NCBI GenBank assembly: GCA_965113315.1
Contig: OZ220372.1
Strand: one strand, 5' to 3'
Source of the DNA: Podarcis vaucheri
Taxonomy: Eukaryota
DNA: 64,000 nucleotides
Positions 23,460 to 34,737 of this stretch are shown one piece after another. A program made the translations under genes and the position numbers. Under the pieces are notes generated by a model. The model made no database searches. It was not told where the DNA came from and saw nothing but the letters and a program-made list of their open reading frames with translations. Numbering within the stretch: the first letter of the stretch is position 1; each line of letters starts with the position of its first letter.

Positions 23460-26400
23460 ATGGCCCTGCAATTCCTTAGCTGGAATTGTAATGGGATGAA
23501 CATGCCTTTGAAGAGACGACAAGTATTCCACATTTTGTACAGAGAACAACTGGACGTGATTTGTTTACAGGAAACTCACATAACCAGAGCCCACAGGAGA
23601 CTGCTTATGAATAAAAAATTGGGACAAGAATTTATCTCGTCGGACAAAGTGAAAAAAAGAGGAGTTGTGATTTATGTAAAAGAGAAGTGGGCCCCAAAAA
23701 TGATTTTTAAAGATGAAGAAGGAAGATATTTAGCGGTGGAGATTCAAGCACAAGGAGAAAAATTTTTGATAATTGGGATTTATGCACCAAATGAAGGTAA
23801 AGCAGAATTCTTCAAAAAACTTCATGAAACCCTGATGGACTATTTGGAATATAACATGATAATCATGGGAGATATGAATGGTGTAGTTTCTACAAACATG
23901 GACAAGACACAAAGACTGATACTCACTAAAGAAGGGAGACTCCCGAAGACTTTTTTTGAAATGACTGAAAATATGGACTTAATAGACATTTGGAGAACAG
24001 GGAACCCTCTTGAAAGAGAGGGAACCTTTTTCTCCCAAGCAAAGATGACCTGGACCAGAATCGACCAAATCTGGATTACTAGTGGAATGGCTCCGAAGAT
24101 TAAGAAGGTAGAAATCTGCCCAAAAACCTGCTCCGACCATAACGCCGTGAAGATGGAAATGAAACTTACAACAACTGGTCAGTTTAGATGGAGAATGAAT
24201 GACACCCTGTTTCGAGATAGAGAGTTCCACTTGAAGGCCCAAAAAACCTTAAAGGACTATTTTGAAATCAATCTAAGGGGCGATGTGGAAAGAAGAGTGA
24301 TCTGGGACGCAAGTAAAGCTGTGATGCGAGGGTTTTTGATTCAACAAAACTCAATAAAGAAGAGAAAGCAGAAGGAGAAAAGAGAAAAAATTTTGGAAAA
24401 GATAAAAGAAGGAGAGAAAAAATTAAGGTCAAAACCAAAGTCCCAGGAGATTTTGAGGGAGATTAAATTGTATCAAACACAATATATGGAATTGATGAAC
24501 CAAGAGATAGAGTGGAAAATAAAGCAAATGAGACAAAAGACATTTGAGTCGGCAGACAAATGTGGCAAACTCTTGGCATGGCAACTCAAGAAAAGACAGA
24601 AATTAAATACAGTTTCAAGTTTGGAAGTGGATGGAAGGACCATATCTAAACCAAATGAGATAAGAAACTGTTTTGTGAGTTATTTCAAAAAACTTTATTC
24701 CCAAGGATTACAAAATGAAGAAGACATAGATAAATTCCTTAATAAACATGGATTACAAAAAATCTCTCCTCAAAGTAAGGTGGATCTAAACCAGAGAATA
24801 ACAGAACAAGAGATAGAGGGTGCCATTCAGGACATGCAATTGGGCAAATCTCCAGGGCCAGATGGACTGACTTCCAGATATTACAAATCGTTAAAGGAAT
24901 GGTTGATACAACCGTTAAAGGATGTCTGTAATGAGATCTTAGAGGGAAAAAAGGCACCTGAATCGTGGAAAGAAGCATATATTTCACTCATACCAAAGAC
25001 AGAGACTGAAAAGACTCAATTGAAGAACTACCGCCCAATCTCGTTACTCAATGTGGATTACAAAATTTTTGCAGACATTTTAGCAAAAAGATTCAAAAGA
25101 GTATTGATGGAAAAGATTCATAGAGACCAAGCAGGCTTTCTCCCAAAGAGACACCTCTCAGACAATGTTAGGAATATAATAGACATTTTGGAAAAGTTAG
25201 AGGTGAACATAAATACTAAAGCAGTTTTGATATTTGTGGATGCGGAGAAAGCCTTTGACAACATTTCTTGGAGTTTTATGAAAAAGAACCTTCATGGGAT
25301 GGGGGTAGGACAAGGTTTTGAGAATGGTATGGGTGCAATATATTCCGAACAAAAAGCTAAGTTGATTGTAAACAATGTAATAACTGAGGAACTTAAGATA
25401 GAAAAAGGAACACGACAGGGGTGCCCAATTTCCCCATTGCTTTTTATTTCGGTCCTGGAGGTGTTGCTGAACATGATTAGAGAGGACCAGCAAGTTAAAG
25501 GTGTACAGGTCGGAGCAAAACATTACAAGTTAAGGGCTTTCGCAGATGACTTAGTTCTGACTTTACAAGAGCCATACACTAGCACGAAAAAGGTGTTGGA
25601 GATAATTCAACAATTTGGCCAGGTAGCTGGATTTAAATTGAATAAACAAAAAACTAAAGTCTTAGGGAAAAACCTGACAGATATGGAGAAGAATAAGTTT
25701 CAAGAAGAGACGGGTTTGATGGTGGTTAAGAAGGTGAAATACCTAGGGGTTAATTTAACATCTAAAAATTTGAATTTATATAAGGACAATTATGAAAAAT
25801 GTTGGTTAGAAATTAAAAAAGATTTAGAAATATGGTCAAATTTGAGATTATCAATGTTAGGCCGAATTGCAGTAATTAGGATGAATGTATTGCCTAGAAT
25901 GTTATTTTTGTTTCAAACTTTGCAGATTATTGACAAGATGGACTGTTTCAAGAGGTGGCAGAAAGATATTGCGAAATTTGTCTGGCAGGGCAAAAAGCCC
26001 AGAATAAAATATAAAATATTAACAGATGTAAGAGAAAGAGGGGGATTTGCCCTGCCGGACTTAAAATTGTACTATGAGGCAGCAGCATTCTGCTGGCTGA
26101 AAGAGTGGATGCTCCTCGAGAATACAGATATCTTGGACTTAGAAGGTTTCAATAACGCATTCGGTTGGCATGCATATTTATGGTATGACAAAATCAAAGT
26201 GCATAGTGCCTTTAAAAATCACATTGTAAGGAAAGCGTTGTTCAATGTTTGGATGAGATATAAAGACCTGTTGGAAAACAAAACCCCTAGATGGTTGTCA
26301 CCCTTAGAGGCGAAGGCCCATAAGAAAGTTAATATGGAGGTCGGATGGCCAAAGTATTGTGAGATTTTAGAACAGGATGGAGAGAAACTGAAATTAAAGA

Positions 26401-27197
26401 GCCATGAAAAACTAAAACCCAAAGTACAAGATTGGCTCCACTATTATCAAATAACGGAGGTTTTTAAACAAGACAGGAAAATTGGCTTCCAGGTGGAAAA
26501 ATCAAAACTCGAGACAGAACTGCTAGAACCCAATACTAAGAATTTGTCAAGAATGTATAACTTGCTGTTGAAATGGAACACACAAGATGAAATAGTTAAA
26601 TCAGCTATGATTAAGTGGGCACAGGACATTGGTCATAATATTATGTCTGCTGACTGGGAAAGGTTGTGGAACACCGGAATTAAATTTACGGCATGTAGTG
26701 CCTTAAAGGAAAATGTGATGAAAATGGTATACAGGTGGTACATGACCCCAGTTAAGCTAGCAAAAATTTACCATTTGCCTGACAATAAATGCTGGAAATG
26801 TAAGGTAACTGAAGGTACTTTTTATCATCTTTGGTGGACATGCCCGAAGATTAAGGTCTTCTGGGAGATGATATATAATGAAATGAAAAAGGTATTTAAA
26901 TATACCTTTCTTAAGAAACCAGAGGCCTTTCTCTTGGGCATTGTCGGCCAATTGGTGCAAAAAAAGGATAGAACTTTCTTTATGTACGCAACAACAGCAG
27001 CAAGAATACTGATCGCAAAGTATTGGAAGACACAAGATCTACCCACCGTGGAAGAATGGCAGATGAAAGTGATTGACTATATGACATTGGCGGAAATGAC
27101 GAGCAGAATTCGAGACCAGGGAAAGGAGACTGCGGAAGAAGATTGGAAGAAATTCAAGATTTATCTTAAGGACTATTACAAACTTGATGAAGTTTAG
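23460..27197 (+). CDS. L1 ORF2p: APE endonuclease + reverse transcriptase + C-terminal Cys/His knuckle, 1245 aa
   Basis: EN motifs SWNCNG, CLQETH, YAPN, GDMNG, RIDQIW, SDHNAV; RT motifs KSPGPDG, YRPISLLNVDYKI, DAEKAFD, GTRQGCPISP, FADD, KYLGV; CWKC-x8-HLWWTC; no stops or frameshifts. Confidence 0.98.
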   Translation: MALQFLSWNCNGMNMPLKRRQVFHILYREQLDVICLQETHITRAHRRLLMNKKLGQEFISSDKVKKRGVVIYVKEKWAPKMIFKDEEGRYLAVEIQAQGEKFLIIGIYAPNEGKAEFFKKLHETLMDYLEYNMIIMGDMNGVVSTNMDKTQRLILTKEGRLPKTFFEMTENMDLIDIWRTGNPLEREGTFFSQAKMTWTRIDQIWITSGMAPKIKKVEICPKTCSDHNAVKMEMKLTTTGQFRWRMNDTLFRDREFHLKAQKTLKDYFEINLRGDVERRVIWDASKAVMRGFLIQQNSIKKRKQKEKREKILEKIKEGEKKLRSKPKSQEILREIKLYQTQYMELMNQEIEWKIKQMRQKTFESADKCGKLLAWQLKKRQKLNTVSSLEVDGRTISKPNEIRNCFVSYFKKLYSQGLQNEEDIDKFLNKHGLQKISPQSKVDLNQRITEQEIEGAIQDMQLGKSPGPDGLTSRYYKSLKEWLIQPLKDVCNEILEGKKAPESWKEAYISLIPKTETEKTQLKNYRPISLLNVDYKIFADILAKRFKRVLMEKIHRDQAGFLPKRHLSDNVRNIIDILEKLEVNINTKAVLIFVDAEKAFDNISWSFMKKNLHGMGVGQGFENGMGAIYSEQKAKLIVNNVITEELKIEKGTRQGCPISPLLFISVLEVLLNMIREDQQVKGVQVGAKHYKLRAFADDLVLTLQEPYTSTKKVLEIIQQFGQVAGFKLNKQKTKVLGKNLTDMEKNKFQEETGLMVVKKVKYLGVNLTSKNLNLYKDNYEKCWLEIKKDLEIWSNLRLSMLGRIAVIRMNVLPRMLFLFQTLQIIDKMDCFKRWQKDIAKFVWQGKKPRIKYKILTDVRERGGFALPDLKLYYEAAAFCWLKEWMLLENTDILDLEGFNNAFGWHAYLWYDKIKVHSAFKNHIVRKALFNVWMRYKDLLENKTPRWLSPLEAKAHKKVNMEVGWPKYCEILEQDGEKLKLKSHEKLKPKVQDWLHYYQITEVFKQDRKIGFQVEKSKLETELLEPNTKNLSRMYNLLLKWNTQDEIVKSAMIKWAQDIGHNIMSADWERLWNTGIKFTACSALKENVMKMVYRWYMTPVKLAKIYHLPDNKCWKCKVTEGTFYHLWWTCPKIKVFWEMIYNEMKKVFKYTFLKKPEAFLLGIVGQLVQKKDRTFFMYATTAARILIAKYWKTQDLPTVEEWQMKVIDYMTLAEMTSRIRDQGKETAEEDWKKFKIYLKDYYKLDEV

Positions 27198-27654
27198 AAT
27201 GTCGAGATTCTATAGAGAGAAAGGGTTGCAGTAATATAAGATTAGAATAAGAAAGGACTATGACGAATTAGAGTTGGAAAAAACATTTATAAGTTGCTAT
27301 AAAATTTGGACATGAGGATGCAGAAAGGGGAGGTATGGGGAAGTCCGAGGAAAGAAGTTTATGAAATGACATTATGAAATTATACTTGTTTGTTTGTTTG
27401 TTTTCTTTTTTGTGTTTGTCTGTTGTAAAAACTTTTGTAAAACTAATAAAAAATATTATAAAAAAAAAAAGAAACTACCCTCTTTTCAGCAACATCACAA
27501 GCTCGGGAATCTTTGTTTGCTTATATAACAGAACTACAGGTCATGGATATCTGGTGCCTTTCACACCTCTCCTTGTGATACTACACATTTATCTCTTCTT
27601 ACATCAAAACTGTTTTAGGTTGGATTATTATTATTTATATATTTATATATTCAG

Positions 27655-28862
27655 GTCTGTGCCCAGGGGATCCAGGGCACAGTCGTTCAATGGCTGCACT
27701 CGTTTTTCTCTGGTCGGGAACAGAGGGTGGCACTTGGGGGGGGGAACTGTCGTCATGCCACTCCTTGGTGTGTGGAGTGCCTCAGGGTGCGATATTCTCC
27801 CCGATGCTTTTCAACATCTTTATGCGCCCCCTCGTCCAGCTTGTCCAGAGTTTTGGGTTGGGCTGCCATCAGTATGTGGATGACACCCAACGCTATCTGT
27901 TGGTGGATGGCCACTCTGACTCGGTCCCAGACACGCTGATCAGATATTTGGAAGCTGTGGCTGGATGGTTACGTGGGAGCCGGTTGAAGTTAAATCCTTT
28001 GAAGACAGAGGTCCTTTGGCTGGGTCAGGATGATATGGGATTGGGGGGGGGCAACTCCTATCTCTTGCAGGGACACAATTATGCCAGCACTGTCCGTTAA
28101 GAGTTTGGGTGTAATCTTCGATACCTCCCTTTCCATGGAGGCGCAGATTGCAGCTATAACAAAGGTGGCATTTTTTCATCTCCACCAAGCTAAGCAGTTG
28201 GCTCCTTACCTATCTCGCCCTGACCATACTGTGATCCATACAATGGTCACCTCCAGACCGGATTATTGTAACTCGCTCTACGTGGGGCTGACCTTGAGAC
28301 TAACCCAGAAACTCCAGCGGGTGCAGAATGCTGCGGCGAGACTCCTTACGGGGTCCTTGCTGTGGGATCACATTCACCCAGTGCTATACCAGCTGCATTG
28401 GCTCCTGGTGGAGTACAGGATCAGGTTTAAGGTGCTGGTTTAAACCTTTAAAGCCCTATACAGCTTAGCACCCTTGTACCTACGGGACTGCCTCTCCTGG
28501 TATGTCCCATGGAGGACCTTACAGTCTTCAAACAAAAACATCTTGGAGGTCCCGGACCACAGAGAGGTTAGGCTGGCCTCAACCAGAGCCAGGGCTTTTT
28601 CGGCTGTGGCGCCGATCTGGTAGAACGCTCTGTCACAAGAGACTAGGGCCCAGTGGGACTTGACATCTTTCCGCAGGGCCTGCAAGACAGAGCTATTCCA
28701 CCAGGCCTTTGGCCAGGGCACAGCCTGACCCCCTCCCTTGGCAATCCTCACAGAACTCTAGCAAAATGGTTGCCATTACTGTTGTTAGCCACTCTGAGCC
28801 CGGCTTTGGCTGGAGAGGGCGGGATATAAATAAAATTTGATTATTATTATTATTTTATTATT
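27655..28862 (+). mobile_element. 5'-truncated, frameshifted L2-clade LINE
   Basis: Broken RT frames: CGVPQGAIFSPMLFNIFM, QYVDDTQ, LKLNPLKTEVL, VKSLGVIFD, DYCNSLY, LQRVQNAAARL, LHWL; (TTA)n tail; same subfamily as 5641-6199. Confidence 0.9.
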
Positions 28863-29054
28863 CCTCTGAGTGAATGCAGAAGGCCTTGCTTAGACAAAAT
28901 GTCTGTCGATTTCCCAGGGGAAGCTAAAATTATTTTGTTAAGATTCACATATTCCAAGAGGCTTTCCACATGTCTATGGTACAGGGATTGCAAGTGAAGT
29001 GAACAAATTTCTAGATTAGTGTATGTGTCCCATAAATATCATAACGCTTTATTG

Positions 29055-29115
29055 TTCCTTCCTTCCTTCCTTCCTTCCTTCCTTCCTTCCTTCCTTCCTT
29101 CCTTCCTTCCTTCCT
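29055..29115. repeat. (TTCC)n microsatellite
   Basis: About 15 perfect units. Confidence 0.95.
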
Positions 29116-29499
29116 GTAAAGCCCCCACCTTAGGTCACACCCCTCACTCACCTAGCTCCATGCTTTTGCCTGCTTGGAATGTGTATTTGAACTATAATAA
29201 AAAGACTTGATTTCCTGAATGGATGGATGTGTGTAGAAACCTCTGGCTTTCCATGACTGGAATTCAGCCTAATATACAAAGGTAAAATTTGCATCTGTTG
29301 CTCTGTCCACTTTTCTTCCTGGCTCACCACTGGTCTAATGTCCCTGGAGGTTCACTCTGGTAAGCAGCAGTGATTTTGCTGCTAGGAGATCATGTATGGA
29401 GCTCTGCACCACACCGCCATCCACTACCGGTGCCATGTAATTAGCTTGATTACCACGCAACAGACAATTTCCATGCAACAACGAACGTGAAATGGATGA

Positions 29500-29860
29500 A
29501 TAATGGAATCAAGAACCTTCTGAGGGATTCTGTTCCACTGTTGAACACCTCTTACTGTCAGAAAGTTCTTCCTGATGTTCACTTGGAATCTTCAGTGTGG
29601 TGTAGAGGTTAAGAGCGGTGGACTCGTAACCTGGTGAACTGGGTTCGTGTCTCTGCTCCTCCACATGCAGCTGCTGGGTGACCTTGGGCTAGTCACACTT
29701 CTCTGAAGTCTCTCAGCCTCACTCACCTCACAGAGTGTTTGTTGTGGGGGAGGAAGGGAAAGGAGATTGTTAGCTGCTTTGAAACTCCTTAGGGTAGTGA
29801 TAAAGCAGGATATCAAATCCAAACTCTTCTTCTTTCTTGTAACTTGAATCCATTGGTTTA
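29500..29860 (-). mobile_element. Old CR1 3' fragment split by a SINE insertion
   Basis: ttccactgttgaacacctcttactgtcagaaagttcttcctgatgttc ... tcttgtaacttgaatccatt is the reverse complement of the CR1 sequence at ~57985-58070. Confidence 0.7.
29593..29833 (+). mobile_element. tRNA-derived SINE, Squam3-like
   Basis: A box tggtgtagaggtt, B box ggttcgtgtct, core ctgggtgaccttgggctagtcacac, 3' end aaactcttcttct. Confidence 0.8.
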
Positions 29861-30699
29861 GGTGAGAAGTGATCAGCACGCAATGGATGAGAAGACAGGA
29901 GCTCTTTGTTCTTAAATAAGTTCTTCCATACTTAGGGTTTTGAAGGCCATCCAGCAAAAAAAAAAAAAGTCTTCCGAAACAGATTTTTTAGCAGTGGTGG
30001 ATCAGTCTGGTGTTGGCTAAGCAACCATTATTACTGGACAACCAGATCTATTTCAATAATTACAACACTAGGCAACAGAACAATAATCCCCCCCAATAAA
30101 GATCAGCAAGCAGAAGTCCCTCTGTGATTTATCCATAAACACAGGCACTATTTGGTTTACAAGAAAATGAATTAAAATTGAATTAGAAGCAACTGATATA
30201 AAAATGCTTCTGTAGAGTCTGAAAGCTATGGTCACTCATACATACTCAGACCCTGGGGATATTAACAAGGATATAAAAGGAGAGCCGGCAACTGGCACTT
30301 TAAATAATAAATGATGATAATAAAGAGAGAGAGCAGTGCCAAACTGCTAGGAAATGGGAGAAAGCATAATTGTATAATTTGAAGATGAATTAATGTTCAC
30401 TAGCCTGTTAGCATTCTAAGGCTGCTAGGCAGGGAGGTAAAGAGAAAAGATTCTGCAGATGTGCATTTTTGAGAGTTATATATTTGCCCAAATTTTGTGT
30501 CTGGTTTTGAGAGTGCTAAAAAAAAAGCTATTTCCAGCATTTCTTTTTTCTTTGTTAATAAAATTGGATTATTTCAAATGCTGCTCTTATATAGCACCAC
30601 TTTCCTTCTCCTTCCATACCTTAAGTGCCTTTGGCCTCATTGGTTCTCACTGCTGTTTAGTCCAGCTGGCTCTGGCAAGCTCTGTGAAAGGCTGTGATT

Positions 30700-30771
30700 C
30701 TGGCTTTGCAGGGGTTTTGGACTAGACAACCTTTTCGGTTTCTTCCCACTCTACAATTTTATGATTCTATT
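30700..30771 (+). mobile_element. CR1-type 3' end remnant (CR1 or CR1-tailed SINE)
   Basis: gcaggggttttggactagac ... tcttcccactctacaattttatgattctat matches the CR1 terminus at 58168-58247. Confidence 0.65.
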
Positions 30772-30774
30772 ACT

Positions 30775-30952
30775 TTGTCCATGACATCACACTGCTGTCT
30801 CTGATGTGATGATGAAAGAGATTATTATCCCCCCCCCAATCACAGGGATTACCTGGTTGGATGTAGAAACTGCTGCAATTTTGTCCATGATACCACACAC
30901 TGTTGTCTCTGAGATGATGATGAAAAAGATTATCATCACCTAAATCACAGAG
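30775..30952. repeat. Two diverged tandem copies of a ~75-bp unit, period ~106 bp
   Basis: ttgtccatga ... cacactg(c/t)tgtctctga ... gatgatgaaa(g/a)agattat ... aatcacag starting at 30775 and 30881. Confidence 0.8.
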
Positions 30953-33554
30953 CTTGTCACAGGCAATCAGATAGGGATGCAGAAAAATAGCAAGGGCAGT
31001 GAGGGCAAAGGAAAAGGCACATTCCCACCCTCACTTTCTTAGCAGTGCCAGATGTCTACTGGAAGGGAGAAATATATATTCTGTTTCCTGCCTTGAAGTT
31101 TATCCTGCAACTCTTGCAGCGAGCTTCATCAGCTTCACAAAAGAAGGAAATGAAATGGGCAAAAGAATAACTAGTGTTGAAAGGAGGAGAGAATGCAGGC
31201 TTCAAAGGGGGGGAAAGGAGTAACAAAAAAGCAATAGATAATATCCAATGCTGCTCTTCAACTCATGACACAAAGTTTGATTCCAGCATGGACTCCGTAA
31301 ATGGACAAGGGGGGAAGCATCTTTTGCCGATTCCTCCTTCCTTCTGAAGTTTCCTGCACAGGTAACACCCCAGATTTGCTCCAGAGAGTTGGCAGAGCAA
31401 CCCTGCAGCAAAGACTTTCCAACAGATTTCTTTTACCCGTTTTAGAAATAGCTAGGATGATATCTAAAAGAGTGAGAATTTGCTATTGATGATTTGTTGG
31501 TTTAGGATACAGGCTATTTAAAGCTTTCATTGCAGACTTTCTGATGGGGATCTCTAGTCCCTGTATCAGTTTTGCAAAGGGTTCTGTGGGAGGCTGAGGA
31601 ACCCTATTCTGGAATTTCATGATCTGCCCACCCCATTTCCGGAGCAAAATCTCCTGAGTTGTATTTCAGGGAGGAAGGGAATGGGGAAACGTACCCACAC
31701 TAGAAAACGAGTTTGTGATTGGTCTTTTCAGAAACGTCTTCTGAAACAATCAGTTCCTTAATTGCTCTAAACTGGGAGAAAATCTATGTGAGTTTTATCC
31801 ATAGAAAAATCTAACAACAAAGAAGACCAAAAGATCCTATTTTAATATCTATCTCCTCCAAAGTTCTTTAGCAATTATTCAGTTTATGACATTTATTATT
31901 AGGTGTTAGAACATAAGTTTTCTGTATAACTTGCTGAACAATCTTTATCTGGAAAAAAACAATAAAAATATTATTTAAAAAAATATTATTAGGTGTTAGA
32001 ATACTGTATAATTGATCTATAATTTAAATGAAGGAACATAATACAGAAAAAATGTATGTACTTATGAAATATGGGTAGTGTTCAAAAGAGAGGTTAACTT
32101 ATTGTGTTTATGTGTAATTAAAATGAATTTTAATAAACTTCTGAAACAAGAGATTATAAATGGAATGAATGAAAGAAATTGTGAATAACTATGATACAAT
32201 ATACCATTATTCTATTTGATAACTCATTTTGATTTAGTGCTGTGCCAAACCCCACCATCACCTCTTCACATTTCTTCCAACAACTCCCCATCAATTAATG
32301 AGAAAAGAAATTGGATTCTAAAATTATCAAATAAGTGAGAAAATTTCAGTCAAATTCATAATGGTGGGGTTCAGGGTCTTTGTCACATCTACCTTACTTT
32401 TGGTGACTGTGTTGTGGTTGGGATTTTTGTTTTGTTTTGCTGCTTTCATTTCTACAAATAATTTCTCCAGTGGTCTGCACTCTGCAGCCTTCTGGGGTGT
32501 CTGTGCTTTTATTAAAGCCCTATTGAAAACATTCTTCTATGGAATATAATCCTAGTGAGCAAGGATGAAACTAGCTATCTATGTTTGTTTCTTGTCTTAA
32601 AGTTATCTTAACTAAAGATTTTCAGTCAAGCCTAACAATGCTACTTAGTATGTGAAGCAGTTAAGGACCATGGAGTTCTAAATTTCTAGATTAGGCTCAG
32701 TGATGACATTCCATCTTCTCCAGAGAGGGAGGAAGTAAAACTTTCTTTTCCTGTTTTTTCTTGTTTCTTTGTGCCGCGTGAGCAAATGGACATGCCTGCT
32801 CTCCACTCCAAGCCCAGTTTCCATATTTAGAAACAAACTTTGTACTCAATAAGTTTTTACCTGTGTTAAATTTGCTGTAGCATTGGCTGACACATGAATG
32901 AGATTTCAGATTATGTAAGTAAAGCGTTTTAACTTACTAAAGTGTGGGGTCTATTCATTGAGAAAGGGGTAGAGACATGGGAGAAATGGAGGAGCATATT
33001 GTAACTGTCTGAAATGAGATATTTTAAAGTCTAATAACCTATATTCCCCACACTTCACAAACAGTGCATATACTTGTGTATTTAAACTCTGCTGGGGGCT
33101 ATTTTGTTAGAGTGAGTCAAGTTCCTCACTTTTTAAACTCATACAGCCCACTGGTTCTTTTGTAGTTTCCTACACACAGGACTTCAGTATTAAATATACT
33201 TTCCCTATTTATTCCTAAAAAACTATTTCTCTGTGTGACAACCATCCTTTAACTGGGGGTGTTCTTTAGCATTTTGCTGGTAACCAGGTTATATTTGCTG
33301 ATCTTTACACAAAGTATTAGGAGCTCAGGATGTCTCCCTGATGCCTTCTAGGACACAACTGAGATAAGTCTGGTACTAGGGTCAAGAAAATTCATAATGG
33401 GGATCTATTTCATGTTACGTTATGCCAAAATCTATAGTAATAAACCAAAGGAAAATTCATCTATTCACACATCTATCCATGACTTCCTGTTTTCATAGAA
33501 ACCAACCTGATGGGGAGTTACATGTCCTTGCAGCAGAAAAAAAATTACAGGCCT

Positions 33555-33685
33555 CAGGAGTTGTAGCACAGTGGTAGCTGGCATAGCACATGCTATCCAT
33601 GAAGAATGTCCCAGGTTCGGTCTAACAGTATCTGGAGCATATCACATAGGCTACCCCAGTATGGACAGTGTTGAGCTAGATGCAA
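33555..33685 (+). mobile_element. Decayed tRNA-derived SINE
   Basis: tgtagcacagtggtag A box, tcccaggttcg B box, 3' part gacagtgttgagctagatg. Confidence 0.5.
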
Positions 33686-34599
33686 CATGAAGGAGAATGG
33701 TAGGTATTGACACAAACAAAGTGAAAAGTCTGCATCAAAGCAAACAAAAAATTAGCAGAGATGAAGTTTTCCAGTATGTATTTTTATGCAGTTACCTATT
33801 CTGAAGGTACAGTCTTCTTACATTAACCTAAAACTGATGGCTCAAAATGACAGGCCATAAAAAAGTACATAGCTACAGGAACTGCTGATACTGTGAGGAG
33901 ATTGTTTGCTATATCAGTGGCAAATCAGTGAGTGATGTGGTTCATCATTTTCCTCTAATACAGGGCTTAAGATGTTCTCACTTGCAAGATATGTGTATGG
34001 TGTCATGTTTTATGGAGTTTATCTAGCTGAAAAAGAGGGATGTGCCTACCTCAGATGACAAAGCAATATGGAGAAAGGCAAGGTTTTAAACATTTGTATT
34101 TTAGAAGTCTGAGATACACACAGGTTAAATTCTCTGGTATTTGGTGCAAGCTCAAGCTTTATTATCAGATCCTCCAGACACAGTTTTAAGACATTGAAGA
34201 GGAGATGAGTTCAAAGTTGAGGTCACATTTGAAAGCATTTTGAGTTCCACCAAACTGACTTCTCTTTTGACATTCTGGATGTCATCTTTTCCTGGCCCAC
34301 CTATTCCATCTGGCCTAGAAAAGGGGTACAGCACCCAGATGCAAGTGTCTTGACATATGCTCTATCTAGATGCTAGCAGGGGCACCGGCAGAACTTAAGC
34401 CAGATTTTTAAGTCCATTGTCTATCAGTACACTTTGAAATACTTGGAGCCTGCCCATCTGCTCTTAGGATGCAATGAACCAAATTGACAAAGGGTTACAT
34501 TTTATTCTGTCTTGTTTGCCTCCTCTTTCCTGCTTACCCTGGAGGATTTGTAATGACCATAAGATAGTGTGCAGGTCTCCTTTTCATTAACTTCCACCC

Positions 34600-34737
34600 A
34601 TCCCCTGCCCACCATGTATCTCTATACCTGCAACTCAGGAGTCACTTCAGACACCTGATAAAGCACACTGTAGTTCATGAAAGTTATACCACTGTGAATG
34701 TATTAGACTTTAAAGGTGTTGCATGAGTCCTTCTTGT
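34600..34737 (+). mobile_element. Penelope-like element terminal-repeat remnant with a degenerate hammerhead core
   Basis: cacctgataaagcacactgtagttcatgaaagttata ... ttagactttaaaggtg resembles reptile Penelope termini as I recall them (CTGATGAAGTG-GCTGTAGC-CACGAAAGCTTA ... TTAGTCT-TAAGGTGC). Confidence 0.55.

Larger units (their letters stand above)
21482..27470 (+). mobile_element. Full-length LINE-1 (L1 clade) retrotransposon with both ORFs intact
   Basis: Perfect 19-bp TSD gaaactaccctcttttcag (21463-21481 and 27471-27489) at a TT|GAAA L1-endonuclease-type site; ~930-bp 5'UTR, ORF1, 4-nt spacer, ORF2, ~260-bp 3'UTR, AATAAA at 27445-27450 and a poly(A) tail. Confidence 0.97.

Noticed and set aside
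27490-28862. L1 3' transduction of the neighbouring L2
   Set aside because: The L1 TSD closes at 27489, before the L2; the L2 is frameshifted and so older and independent
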